A DNA stretch of 64,000 nucleotides from assembly GCA_002633005.1 (NCBI GenBank), contig NMRA01000035.1, forward strand, positions 1,207,059 through 1,271,058. Reading direction: 5' to 3'. Made by a program: the position numbers and the translations under genes. The notes beneath the pieces are model-generated. The model did not search any database and was not told where the DNA came from. It saw only the letters and a program-made list of their open reading frames with translations. Each line of letters begins with the position of its first letter. Position 1 is the stretch's first letter. Shown here one piece after another: positions 41,746-64,000 of the stretch. Source of the DNA: Phoronis australis. Lineage: Eukaryota; Animalia; Phoronida.

Positions 41746-42274
41746 GAGAAGAACCATGCTGGGACTGGGACATACATGGCTCTGAATAACGGAACAATGA
41801 GAAAACTTAGCGATAAGTGATCGCGAAAATAAAAAAATGACAGAAGCGGGTTAATACCACCAAAACATAAAGAAAATACCACTTTTATCTGCCAAAACAT
41901 TGTGAAGCACACTTTCACTGAACACAGCTAGGAGCCACAGATTTCGCGTTTCTGTGGTCACTGATATCCATGATCAAACGAAGATGGGTTGCAAAATATT
42001 TGAAATCCGTTAAATTCTTCTGATTTTTGTCGAAACTGCAAAACATGCTGACTTATAAATTGAGATGCAAAATGGATCATTATTGCTTTTCAAATGTGCT
42101 GGAGGAAGTCGCTTGGGCTGTTCACAGAATTCTGGAAAATCTACAATTTCGTGCATGGCAGCTTATTTACAAGGATCACGGTTTACTAGACGCAATTTAC
42201 CCTCGTTGTTACATTAACTTTCAAGCCTTAGTGTGAAAATCAGGGGTGCTAGGTGCAGCGGCGCGTTGACTTAC

Positions 42275-42317
42275 CTTGATTTCTGTGACGCGTTATAAGC
42301 TATGACACAAGTGACTG
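42275..42317 (-). other. Candidate non-coding first exon of GST3
   Basis: Minus strand TCAGTCACTTGTGTCATAGC...GTCACAGAAATCAAG|GTAAGT; homologous to the GST1 candidate first exon. Acceptor at 39416 is 14 nt before the ATG. Confidence 0.55.
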
Positions 42318-42347
42318 ACGACCGCCACACCCTCACTGACGCCGGTT

Positions 42348-42381
42348 CTTATACAAGCTATGTGCAAATATGCTTCGTCAT
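42348..42381 (-). promoter_or_regulatory. ARE plus TATA-like box, candidate GST3 promoter
   Basis: Minus strand ATGACGAAGCA (42381-42371) then TATAAG (42353-42348), upstream of Inr-like TCAGTC. Confidence 0.55.
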
Positions 42382-42808
42382 TGTTATCACCCGATGGCTA
42401 TCACCATAAGCCATCCCAGGTAAACACGTGTTGAACTGCGGAACTTCACAGCTTAACAAAATCAGTGTTACGTCATTCAGTTTCACACTGGAATTACTAT
42501 TGAGGGTTATTCAACCCGACCAGAGAATGGATTTCCTAACACTTTTAGAAACTGGCTGTCAAGTTCCGTTTTGCAGAACGATTTGAAACCTTAAACGGGA
42601 TCCCCGCAAACCCTTGTAGGCCTATATGCATAAGTCTGTGTTGAAAATGGATTTTGCAATCAAAGTAAACTTGAGTTCAGTTGAACATTGAATGAAAAAT
42701 TATTTCGTAATAACAAAGCTATAGGGTAACGCTTCACATTAGTGTCAGAACACGACTGCAGTGCAAGAATCGCGTGAACTTAGCATAAAAGGAATTTGAC
42801 ACGAGACC

Positions 42809-42954
42809 TTTTTGGCATAAAGCTGTAAAAATGGCTTGTTTATGTTTAGTTAGTTCTTTTTTGCATAAAGCTGTAAAATGACGTATTTGTTTATGTTTAG
42901 TTAGTTATTTTGGGAATAAATCTGTAAAAAATAACTTTTTTATGTTTAGTTAGT
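42809..42954 (+). repeat. About 50-bp tandem repeat, 3 copies
   Basis: GCATAAAGCTGTAAAA...TTTATGTTTAGTTAGT repeated. Confidence 0.85.
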
Positions 42955-44175
42955 CCTCAAAGAATGAAAAAAGTTGTGTGATCTTGTAAATTGGAAATAG
43001 TTTACAACTGAAAACTTGTTGTTAAATCATAACTTTTTAACATTCCTCCAAACAAAGTTTACGAACCGGGTGGTCACCGTACATGATTTCAGTTTGCGTT
43101 GTACATTTTTGTAGACAATGATGGATTGTTCTTTGTTGATGTGACATCATGTGCACCAATCGATCTTTTTACGGGTGGTGTTTTCGTGGCTGCACGTGAA
43201 TACTTTCCACAACACAACACTGTCACTCATTGACCTCAGATCTGGTGTTCTCTCATTGCCGATAAGTTGGGACAGAAAGGTTCTCATCAGACGGTGTTTC
43301 AGATACGGAAACTGGGTGTCATTTTACTCCTTGTAGGTTTAAATACGTTGGGCTGTCATTGTACCTTCCTTCACTAGGGCAAAGATCACTCCAGGTGAAC
43401 CCAACTTAAAACTGCCCACTTGTTATAAACGACAACTAACGAAGATATATCAACACACTGGTATGATTCTTTCTCGTTTTAATTGTTCATTACATTGTCT
43501 TACTGAAAATGCCGTTCAAGTCTTGCTATATTGTTTGACTACGCACATCCTTGATATATTTTGATACTTTTCCACATAACTTTATTACAATTAACAGTAG
43601 TGTAATAGATGTCACTGCACGCAAATCATTGTGCTTTTACATCTAAAACCAGCCATTTTAGCTTTGATGACTGTCATGTTCGAAAAAGCCAAACATGCTT
43701 ATAGTGACATTGAGAGGGTCAATACACTACGTAAAGGTATGTCGTGTTACGTATGCTTTGTTGAAATAGAACTGTTTGTGTATGCTTATCTGTTGCACAA
43801 TACACATTGGTGCTATTTGGAGAAGGCTGGGGACTGAGTTCAAAATGTCGATATAGCAGTTTTGGTTTGTGACACCAGGAGCTTCTGAGCGGTAGAAATG
43901 CTCGACTTGTCAATGCATGCAGGCAGCAATCACCTCGACTTCACATGTCATTATTACCCGTGGCTGCACATCGTTCCCATTGCGCCGTAAAATGGACATG
44001 GGACTACTTTTTAATCATTTTGGTCTCGTTCATAACCATCGACATTGTCAAAAAGATGCGAAAGGTTTACTTCTGGCAAACACCCCCTCCACATGGACTT
44101 AAGGTTTTAGACTTTTCCTTTCCTGCAGATTTTCTCCGACACTTCAGGCAACGATTCTGTGGTTTTGTTCCCTAT

Positions 44176-44244
44176 CATGGGAGGCACACCATAAGGGGCT
44201 GAGGGGCTACAGCCCCTACTTATTTCAGTGCCGCACCGCCTGTG
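44176..44244. mobile_element. Mini-MITE related to 8601-8678 (inverted)
   Basis: GGGGCTGAGGGGCTACAGCCCCTACTTATTTCAGTGC.GC.CCGCC.TG matches the reverse complement of the 8601 element. Confidence 0.5.
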
Positions 44245-46031
44245 CATATTGTTTAGGTTCTTACGCTTTGAACATGTCGATAATTAAGACCAATCTGTTA
44301 GACACAGGAAATGTTTTATTTAGGGGTTTTTAAAACAATGTATATATTTCTAGAAAAGACCCATAATTGGTACGAATGCCGTTTTGTTTCTTACAGTGCA
44401 TTATAGCAAACAGCTTCCCACACAGGTGTGTATTGTTCGTTGGACACGTCTGGCCCCCTATTGATTATTTTTAGTACGTCCTTTCTACAAGAACACGTTT
44501 TGTGTTTTGACAACGATTGACTACTTGTAGAATAACTAAAATGTAATAATTTATTGGTTAAAAAATTCATAGCAAAGTACAGAATACAAAGAAATGAAGA
44601 ATAAACGTGTAAAATAGCTATCCCAGAATTTTCGTAAAAGTTCACAATAGGATTGAAAACGGAGACAATGATAAATCCAAAACAAGGTATGTAAATGGAG
44701 CATACTAGTTTCAAGCCGAACCTATCTGTAGGCTGGGTTGCGTAAACGCAAAAAAGAAAACTCTCGAGAAATGCTAGCGTGATCACGTGCTTCGTTTCTA
44801 ATGTATTGCGACTTCGTGTGAAAACTTGCAGGATCTTGCGTTCTCGGGAGTTTCTTCTACGCATCGCGCAGTCCAGCTGTGCACCACAGCACGCACGCTG
44901 CAGTATGCATAAACAATTAATGCCCACTTGATATTTATTATATGTTCTTTCTCGCAGCGTCAACTAAGCAAGAAACCTGCAGATTTGAACGACTTAAGAA
45001 AAGGCCGTATAACTATTGAGAAGCGAACAACATTATGTGCTAGAAGTAAGTGAAACAACGTCGGAGTTGGAATGTACAAATATCCCAACTAACAATAAGA
45101 ATAGTAAAAAGTAGTTCTACATTAACAAATACAATATCATCGCGTCACCAGCACTGAACATTGTAAACTACTGATACACAAATCAACATGATAAATAATC
45201 AGATATACATACAATCAGCTCACTATCGGGAAAGTCAAGTAGTTATACAACACAAGGCTTACCATGCACTCAAATACGGCAATTATTCTCACAATTCGGA
45301 AAGGAGCGATCACTTTTCGCAAATTTGTGGGGCCCTTTTTGTACAGCTAATGTCAAAGAATGACATGATGCTGGCGTGGGAAATCAGAAAACACTAATAG
45401 CCAATGGACATTTATGTGATTACAAATGCAGGGATACTTGTTAGATATCGTGTTTGCCGTGATAGGATTATTTAAATATGACAAATGAGATAGGTTATCC
45501 CAAATAGCTACAGTGCAAATACTAATCGCTAAACGCATTAGGTAATCATGTAACCCAATCACACAAGCAACCATTCAACTCTTGTATCCTCACTTGTGTC
45601 ACAGAATTCACTCATTCTACTTACACCAAGAATTTAACAATTGAAAACATGACTTCACAGTTCCACGCACAGATAACAGTCTTCGTTGGCTATAACAACA
45701 GAGCTAACGATCGAACAAATTTTCAAGTCTTACTTGAACTGTTATGACCTCAGTCAATTCATTGTAAGCAAAGAAAATATTCAGAAATATACCAGTTTTG
45801 TTATTTCTCTAACTTGACCAATCCGCTCTAACTTGAGCAACAGACGTGAAGCGGGTTGATAACATACGAAGTCACAACACAAGTTCAGAACTTATAATTT
45901 GACGCACATTACTTAACATACGTGAACAATACATGTAAGACGTTCCTCACATCGTGTCTTTCCATTATGGCTTATTGCTTCATAGTTTCTGTTGTTTTGA
46001 ACGTAGGAGTATCCCATGGAGTCACGTGACT

Positions 46032-56012
<9,981 letters not shown>

Positions 56013-56659
56013 CTGGAGTAGAAGAGAAATTTATTTTTTGAGGCATTTTTCGTAAAACAGACACAGTTTGGATCAAGATTGGAATGCATAAGCTAAAAAT
56101 ATGAAAAACAGAACTGAAAGAAGCGTGTATGGCGCTCGCGATACTCCACAGCACAGATTTGTTACGTTAGGGATTTTAAGTTAAGCTAATCATGCCCGTG
56201 CCTACAGTAATTATTACGTTCCTAAGGACTTGATTAGAAACGCCCGATTGGTTTATGGCGTCGACATGAATGCATTGTTCCACAATGGTAACTTGGTGCG
56301 TGATAGTACAGTGCCACTGCATGTATCTAGTGCATGCATACTATGTGCAAACTGACGATTTATGGGACAAAAAATGTCAAAAACAGCAGTGTGAATTAGC
56401 TTTCCGCAGGAACCAAAAAGCGAAATGCTAACTAAAGAAAAGTTTCTGTCACAATTCATTTACGTAAGCCTACTCAGTGAAATTCAGAGAAACTGTATTC
56501 CGATAAAACAATAGTAAAAAACAAAACCACATGAAACACTTACGTATTTGATCATTTTGCATTATGGTTACTGCAATTTATACCACAATATCAGTCTCAA
56601 ATGCCAAATACAACCGTGTAATAACCCATTTAGTCATCCCACTAGTGAAATAACACTTT

Positions 56660-56733
56660 GGCGGAAACCAGGGCCGGTTTCGAACCCGGGCCGCAAGACT
56701 GTCGGGACATCGACTTTACCACTGCAACACTGA
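56660..56733 (-). mobile_element. tRNA-derived SINE head or tRNA pseudogene
   Basis: Minus strand has A-box-like TGTTGCAGTGG and B-box GGTTCGAAACC at tRNA-like spacing, but no clean cloverleaf. Confidence 0.45.
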
Positions 56734-57279
56734 ACGTGAAAATAGAAAACTAAATGAGCACGCGCAACAATCGCATGTTCAACAAAGGGCATTGTACTGA
56801 CATTTATACGCAATGGAAAATAAGACGCATAATTTCCATAAAAGCTATATTTTAATTCAGTGAAATTTTCTCTCGTGTCCTCTCACTTATAAGTCACCGA
56901 TCTCCAATTTGAATGCGGGTTTCGTGTCGTCGGGATCCTTTGACTTGAGAATTATACTCAGTTACCAGTGGTAACCTACTCAGTTTAGCAGACGATAGTT
57001 TCCCGGTCGAAGTTTAGCGTGATAAAATGTGTAGTAAACTATAATAGTTGCTGAACCTTAATTTACAGATTCACTTTATTTCTATTTTGTTTAAATGTTT
57101 CAATTGGTTTTGAGTATAAGCATTATTTGACAAATATAGGTCGGCTTTGCTTAAATGGTCACGACCTCCGACCCCGTGCCTCTGACATAGAAAGTAGTTA
57201 CAAAGCCGAGGCGAGTCGAGAAAGGTAGATCGATTCATTGCAATGTTTCTCGTTCAGTATGAGGTATAAATAGATCTCA

Positions 57280-57406
57280 GTCGTTATCTCCCTTATCTAG
57301 AGCCCGAGTGGATTTTGGAGAATTATCGCCCTCCGTCGGGGCTGACGCCCCTCAGTAGATAATTTTCCAAAATCCACTCGGGCTCTAGAATACAGGGGAT
57401 AACGAC
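57280..57406. repeat. Palindromic element (arms about 45 bp)
   Basis: GTCGTTATC.CC...TCTAGAGCCCGAGTGGATTTTGGA.AATTATC / GATAATTTTCCAAAATCCACTCGGGCTCTAGA...GGGATAACGAC. Confidence 0.8.
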
Positions 57407-60400
57407 ATCGCCATGTAATAATCTATATGTAAAAATATTACACACATAGTTTAATATGTTATTCGACACAACAACACGTGTGAGTGTTCTGCGTGCCGCA
57501 ATGCAATGACATATTCAGGAAGTCTCGACATACGGTACTAGTTTTGAAAAATTCCGTTCAGCAGTGAAAAAAAGTTCCAGGAATTTATGTAACCAGCAAC
57601 GGGTGGATACGTTCACTCGACGGAAGCATATGTATATATATAAATATATATATAAATATTGTCAACTTCTCACTAGCGTAACAGGTGTGCTCGTTCGACA
57701 AGAGTACTTTGTATATTCCACAAAGGACACAATCAGTATTTGGTTTGATCTGAATAGTGTGTGGTAATTCGACTGCTGGTTGGTGGAATTTCAAAATTCT
57801 GTTTTTGTAGCAGACATAAAAATGAAATTGGTTCAAGTCTTAATACCGATTTACAACTACCGCAAATCCAGACATTTAATAGCAGTAGGCAGTTGGCACT
57901 TTATAGTTTTTGAATTTACCTATCTCAATTTCACTAAGAATTCGCCCTTGCTGGCTTGGTAGTGCTTGTTTATTTTGTGCGGCATGTGAAAGCAACAAAT
58001 TGCATTTGCTTGATTTTTGAGCTTGTTCTCTAAGATAGCTAATTGACGACCACTTGGCCCTCGTTTCGCTAAGACAAGGCTTTTCTTAAATCTATACTGC
58101 TTCGGATTGGTAACAAATCTGTTTGGTAGACTTATTTTCAACCTGATTTCTGTAATCTGGAGGGTTTTGGAAATCTGAATGCAACGTCTCTCATTTCATA
58201 GTTATCGTGCGCGTATAGTGGTTTTGGGATGAAAACTGCTGTTTTGATGATATTTTGTTCGTTTTGCAAGAAGCCGATTCCACGTTCACTAGTCGTAAGG
58301 AGGAAAATTGAATTTGGAATCAATTTAAACGGACTTTGTGCAATGTTTTTTGGCCCAGTACAATTTTCATGTTTTCAGGATTTGCAGACCCTGTGGAACA
58401 CACTGTTGGAGCTGTCAAGATCTGGTTTTTCAAGCCCAAAATAGCTGTGTGCAACCACATGTCCGTACAGTCTTTCCTAGTGTTGCGTGCAACGTAGCTT
58501 CTCATTGGTTAAAACAGAACGAAGGAACATTCACACATTCCGACTGGAGTTGGAATATGTCATTCGAACATTCCGATTGGATGATGCTCAGAAATGCACC
58601 AGTATAAGGCTTCATCTGTGGAGAAATACACATAGAAACACATATCACTAGTCGTCTTTATAACTATGAAACTACCTTTGTGGCTTGCGGTTGCTGTAAA
58701 CACAAGAACAGACGAACTCCATGCAGTCCGTGTTTTTGGTGCACGCAAGATTACAAGGTGACAAATAAAACAACAAATCGATTCACTATGCTTGTCGAGC
58801 TCATTCCCGTATTAAATGAATACGATAAGCTTCAAAACAAAGACGTGCACACAGATGTCCTACACACAGAATGCAGGCATTCCTTGTATCGTTCACCGCA
58901 GGATGACATTTCCGTATAGGTGGTGCTGTAACAGAGAGTAATTACTCCGTGCCTTTGGCTCACCCCAGTTCTCAAATCGTTTCAAGAACACGTAATACGG
59001 AATCAAGATTTTGAACAATCATGTAGTCAATGATGTATGAGGTTTAATTCGACTTGTGGCAAGAATAATAGTTGTACGTGAAGTGCAATTCTTCAGTGAA
59101 CACCTAACTAAAGGCCAACACCGCTTCGTTTCATACATTGTATATATTAAGTGCGTAATAAAACCGACAACATTCCAATATTATGGAACAACCAATACGT
59201 GTCTGTGTATTTTAAAACGATACTTGGAAGTGCACTTGGTAACTCTCTAATGACGGACATTTGAGAGTTGCGCTGTTTGGTTACCAGCAACGGTGTTTCT
59301 GAAAACCGCAATTTGCAATTCATAACTGACCACATTAAGTTAGTCAGAGGCTTTGACTAAGAGCGTACACCGATACAGCGCGTACCTGACAGGTTTTTCA
59401 CCCTTGATTACGTAATAGTATCACCCACCAACAGCACTCACATGCAAACTAAATTTCACCAGTGTTTGACTTATACACACGTCGGAGCATCATAACAAAT
59501 TGTCAGTGACTTGAGCAATGCTTACATTACTTGGAACTTACTTCATCAAAGTATCTGTAAACATTTGCGCAACCTGGCGGTGAGTACTAAAAATAACACT
59601 CGGGTATAAACAAAATCGGAGGTTGTTGTGGATGAAGGACACGCAACAACGCTTCTTCGCAGGTTCCCGCCGCTGGTAAAATCTCAAGAGATCACCCTTT
59701 CAGCGACAAATTTAAATTTATAGACGGTCCTTCGGCAAGTTTTCTCAAATTTAAATATTAGACAGTCTTCAGATTGATGAATTAAGGAGTCTTATTTTCT
59801 TTCCTGTTTTCCAATATGGCCATTCACGTTCAGAATACAAGGGGCATACAGATATTGAGGCAAATGCGACGTAAGCCCAGACTGCCACAAGAGAGCGTCA
59901 CTGTTGTCACATCCGTATAAAAATCGACACCAGCCATGCTCTCTCGTCATTTAGGAATTTGGTAGCTGTTGAAGCCAGCACAAAAAACAAAACTGCCAGC
60001 ACAGGACGCCATAGAAACCGGAACATTCCGAAAATCAACAGCGAACTTGATATAGATCCATCAAAGAACTTGATAGATATTGAGGCAGACGCGAAACAAA
60101 CTAAAATGTTGACACTAGGAAACGGAACAGCAATTTTGTCAGAAAATTAATGACGACCATACTCTCCTCAATATGAACACATCTGCCCAAAATACCACTA
60201 AGGGTGCCACAATAGTCGAATTCGTCCAGAAATCACGGCCAGCCGTGCTCTCCTCAATATTAATGCATCTACCATTGTTAAGCTAAATACAAATCTGTCA
60301 AGGAACTGGGTAGACATTGAAGAAAACATAAAAAACCAACGTAAACTATTACCAGGAGGCATAGCGTTTGTCGTGAAGAGTTTGCACGGGGTAGCCGACG

Positions 60401-63040
60401 CCGGACGCCCAGAGATGACGGTGATACGCACCTGCATATGTGCATATGGGCGCATGAAAACGAGACAATGTACCTAAAAAGTAACACGATAACACCAACA
60501 AGAACATCAACAACAACCCGACATATTTGGATCTGTGTCGATGAATCTCCAGATTCGGAAAGCTGAGCCATGACGAGATGGAATTCCAGTAAAGTTTTGT
60601 TCACGCTGATTTCATTCTGTTAGCGTTACTTGGGCCTAAATCTCGAGCTTTAGAAATAAGGCTACCCAACGTTTCAGATGAACCCAACTCCATGGATGGT
60701 AGAGATGTCCAGGAGCTGAAACATGCAACGACGCGCTTGTCCGCAGCAGGGTCGTTTTTAAGAGCAAGGAGGTCGAAAGTTCTGATATCGGATGATTATG
60801 GGCACCATGAACCGGGTTTAGCAGAAACAATACGACGAAAAAAAACTGTTAACTCGTTGCACTACAGGTAATTAAAAATGTTTGGGAGCAGTTCTCAAAT
60901 CGTTTGACCTAACACCACAGACGACTCGAGAAATCCCTGCATGAGCACTTGCAACGTGAAGCAAAGTTATCACATCTCGGTGGACAGCATCTGCTTAGAC
61001 TCCGTCCGCATCGAGATTTTGACGAGGATTTGCTGCTAGCATGTACGGATTTACTAACAAAAGTACATCGCAATTCTGGGGCAACAGCGGCAAACCGCAG
61101 ACCTCTGGCTTGGGGGTACATTTCAAAGACGATTTTACTAACTCAAGTATTATTCCAGGCGAACGAAGCTAACCAAAAGCGCTGACGTGGGAATTGCAAC
61201 ACACAGACATGTGTAATTAAGCAAGAAACATTTTTTTTTGGTTTTCAACATTATTGATTTCAGCCGTAATAGTTTAGAAGTGCTTTCTATACCAAAATGC
61301 AGGAAACTAAAAGTTTAAATAGGTCTCCCAATAGCAGTAGGGCTTGTTTAACTTGAACTCTGTCCCTATTTAACCCAAATGAAGCTGGTGTCGATTAAAA
61401 GAAGATATAGCCAGGCATATATACATTCACACGTTCCAAGTTTAGCACACTTTGTTGATATAAGAGGTTAATTTAACCTGATCCCCCATATTTATACCGT
61501 GCTCTATCATCCAAATGAATTTGTCCCGTGGAAGTTATGGAACACTCAGTCGCGCCGTTAATGCAAAGAATACCCAACGTATTTGCAGAATGGAGTAATT
61601 TCTACAGTGCCTGTGCAGTTGATCTACAAAGGTTGGTGGCCTAATTGGCAGGGCTTTCTACGTGGTATTTTTAGGGGAATTCCAAACTAATTTGTAGTAA
61701 TGCGTTGAAATCTAAACAAATTTAAAAGCCACAATAATTAACACATCTCACGTGCTCCTCTGGAGGGTTTCTAGATTGCAACCGAACAAAGGGCTCGGGA
61801 AATGATTCGACTTTTGAATGAAGTAGAAAATACCTTCAGGGCTTTAGAACGAAACAGCTAAAAGTTTTTCGTCCGATTCAATATGGCGGCATAGCACGAT
61901 TGAAATGAAACTCGGAAATTACAAAGCAAAATCAGATGACTCGTCATAAGTGAGCAACTGAGTCCTATCAGCGAATGACTACGTCACGTAATTAACATAA
62001 AGGAACAAGATGAGACCGATTTATGCCCATAATGGCAAAATGGTGGATAAAGGAATTGTGTTTGTAAGAAGGCATCATGGGTACTTGAATGCATTATTTA
62101 ATATCCTATGCAAAAGGCTTTGAAATGAAACTTCACACTTTGTAAATTATGATTTAGACTTTTTAACCAACTGACAATGTTGGAAATCACCGAATTACTC
62201 GTGAAACCACAATCAATCATGTCCCGGCCGGTGCCAAAAAATACTTTCTTCACGAGCCTTTTCGATCTTCTAACACAACCCCACCGTGTTCTGACCTTCG
62301 CCTTTAAACTTCCATTGGTGTCAACCAAACCCGAGTCAATACACTGTATACTGAAAGCCATAGTGTTTCAAAGCAGCTATCCCACCACTACAAGCAAACT
62401 TCACGACGCCTGGCCTGAAGCAAGAATGGACCGACAGTTCTTCTGAAGCCGAAACTAGAAACAGTGTCCAGTGAGTAATTAAGACTATTAGACGAGATTT
62501 GTAACGGTATAAAGTCTAGATCAAAAGGTATTTTGACAAGAGGGCGCGGATTTATTACCCCTTAAAGAACATGGCGACTGAAAACCAAGGGAATTTAAAG
62601 TGGTCATAAACCCGTTTCACGTCACGAAACTTTCGATTTGGACCACCTGCGGTTACGAAATTTTGTTCCTTAATCAAATTTCAAGGCTTCCAAGAACTGA
62701 TCGACAGTTCGTTAATGCCTGAAAGGAGGCTCTAGAACTCAAGTTGGTTTGTTGGTATATAGGACTAACCAACTGCAGATTCTTTGGAAATTCAAAAATC
62801 ACTTATCGTCAGTGTAAGGAAAAAGTTGACGCCAATTTCACAGTAGTAAATGACCGAATTCAAAAGTTCGCTTTTTGGACGGAACAGTCCATCAGCATTT
62901 GCAGTGATTCTTAACATAAGCGTGCCACACGATACCCATTAGATTATGCTATATGGAAATTTGTTTTCATAGCATGATTTAGATAAACGAGACTACCGAG
63001 TATAAGGAATGCCAGTGAAGAAAAATTGAGAGCAGACAAC

Positions 63041-63203
63041 AGTGGCGGATTTAAGAGGGCGGGGGGCTAGGGGGCTACGCCCCCCTAATATTCTTCCAGA
63101 TTCCACTAGGCAATGCGGGGGTGCCAATGTCTGACGAGCAAAATTCTGGCTAATACTCTGCCCTGGACCCCCCTCCCTAATTCAAAATCCTGGATCCGCT
63201 ACT
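63041..63203. mobile_element. GGCGGAT-family MITE with flanking direct repeat
   Basis: TIR AGTGGCGGAT...ATCCGCTACT flanked by AGACAAC at 63034-63040 and 63204-63210. Confidence 0.7.
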
Positions 63204-64000
63204 AGACAACGTGTATCTACAATCATCAATTCAACGTTTTACATCATCTAAGACGGAAACTTTGCTACTTCGAGTCATTAAGTCGATCAACTTTTAAAGG
63301 CGAGGGCAAAACGCACGCAGCCACCCAAAGTGAAAAGACGGACGACACTGGATTCTCTGCAAAACATATGCCAAGCTACAACGTACAAGAACGTGGGAAG
63401 TGTTGTGTCGCATGACTTGAGACAGCGCATCTGTGTTCTAATTGATTTACTGTTTGTATAACACAGCGTAACTTTATTTAGGTGTCTCAACGTTGGAGAC
63501 ATGACCTTTTAGCGAGAACGACCTTTAGACGAAAGGGCCGAAAATAAATCGATTTGCAAAAGCAACGCACCTAAATTATCAATCAATCTAAAGGCTGCAC
63601 AGGTTTGAAAAAGGGAACATTATTGCAGTATCATGCCACTACAACGTGTAGACGTGGACACGACGTAAGAAAAAGTCTTACTACATGGAAAACAAATATT
63701 ATTCGACGGTGTACGTCCCACGAAACGCACACTATTGCACACACCTTTACTAATACAAGTTCCCATTCCATGTTAGAAAAAAATTGACCATTCTTCTAAC
63801 GAAATTTACGTGATTCTTAAAGCAACAACTATCGCTATGCTTTTACAGGAAAGTTGAGAATTATAAAACCAAAGTAACCATTAAACGCACTCCGCATCTG
63901 GTCAACGATTGACATTTTACCCAACTGAAGTCTATGCTTGTTGATTCTGACGATCTTTTAAGCAACAAAAAGTAATTGTTCTGACGGTTAGACAGCTATT

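Noticed and set aside
56544-56570. 27-nt AG...GTAAGT micro-exon candidate in the PKG intron
   Set aside because: Contains TGA in the required phase, and its ATGs are out of phase with the next exon.
60278-61185. Hydrophobic or Cys-rich ORFs as a nested gene
   Set aside because: No recognisable domain or splice support; explained by T-rich strand bias.

Overview
AT-rich animal (probably invertebrate) genomic DNA with spliceosomal introns; most ORFs in the supplied track are spurious. Manual exon assembly gives three intact sigma-class glutathione S-transferase paralogues (204 aa each, identical 133/93/116/108/165-nt coding exons): two on + (9543-12073, 24853-31205) and one on - (39402-36144). 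It also gives the 3' 12 coding exons of a cGMP-dependent protein kinase (PRKG1/foraging-like, - strand, 56012-46032), whose N-terminal exons lie beyond the window. Each GST has a candidate short non-coding first exon with a consensus antioxidant-response element (RTGACnnnGCA) just upstream; in GST1 a MITE has inserted between the ARE and the start site. Bases 1-5000 are a diverged duplicate of 14080-17540 carrying a dead BEL/Pao gag-protease; the left copy is interrupted by a decayed LINE that is itself interrupted by a TIR element. Many MITEs, foldbacks and minisatellites are present. I found no wholly new system. The best leads are the ARE/MITE promoter arrangement, an unusual GST G-site loop, and a speculative internal first exon that would give a short PKG isoform.
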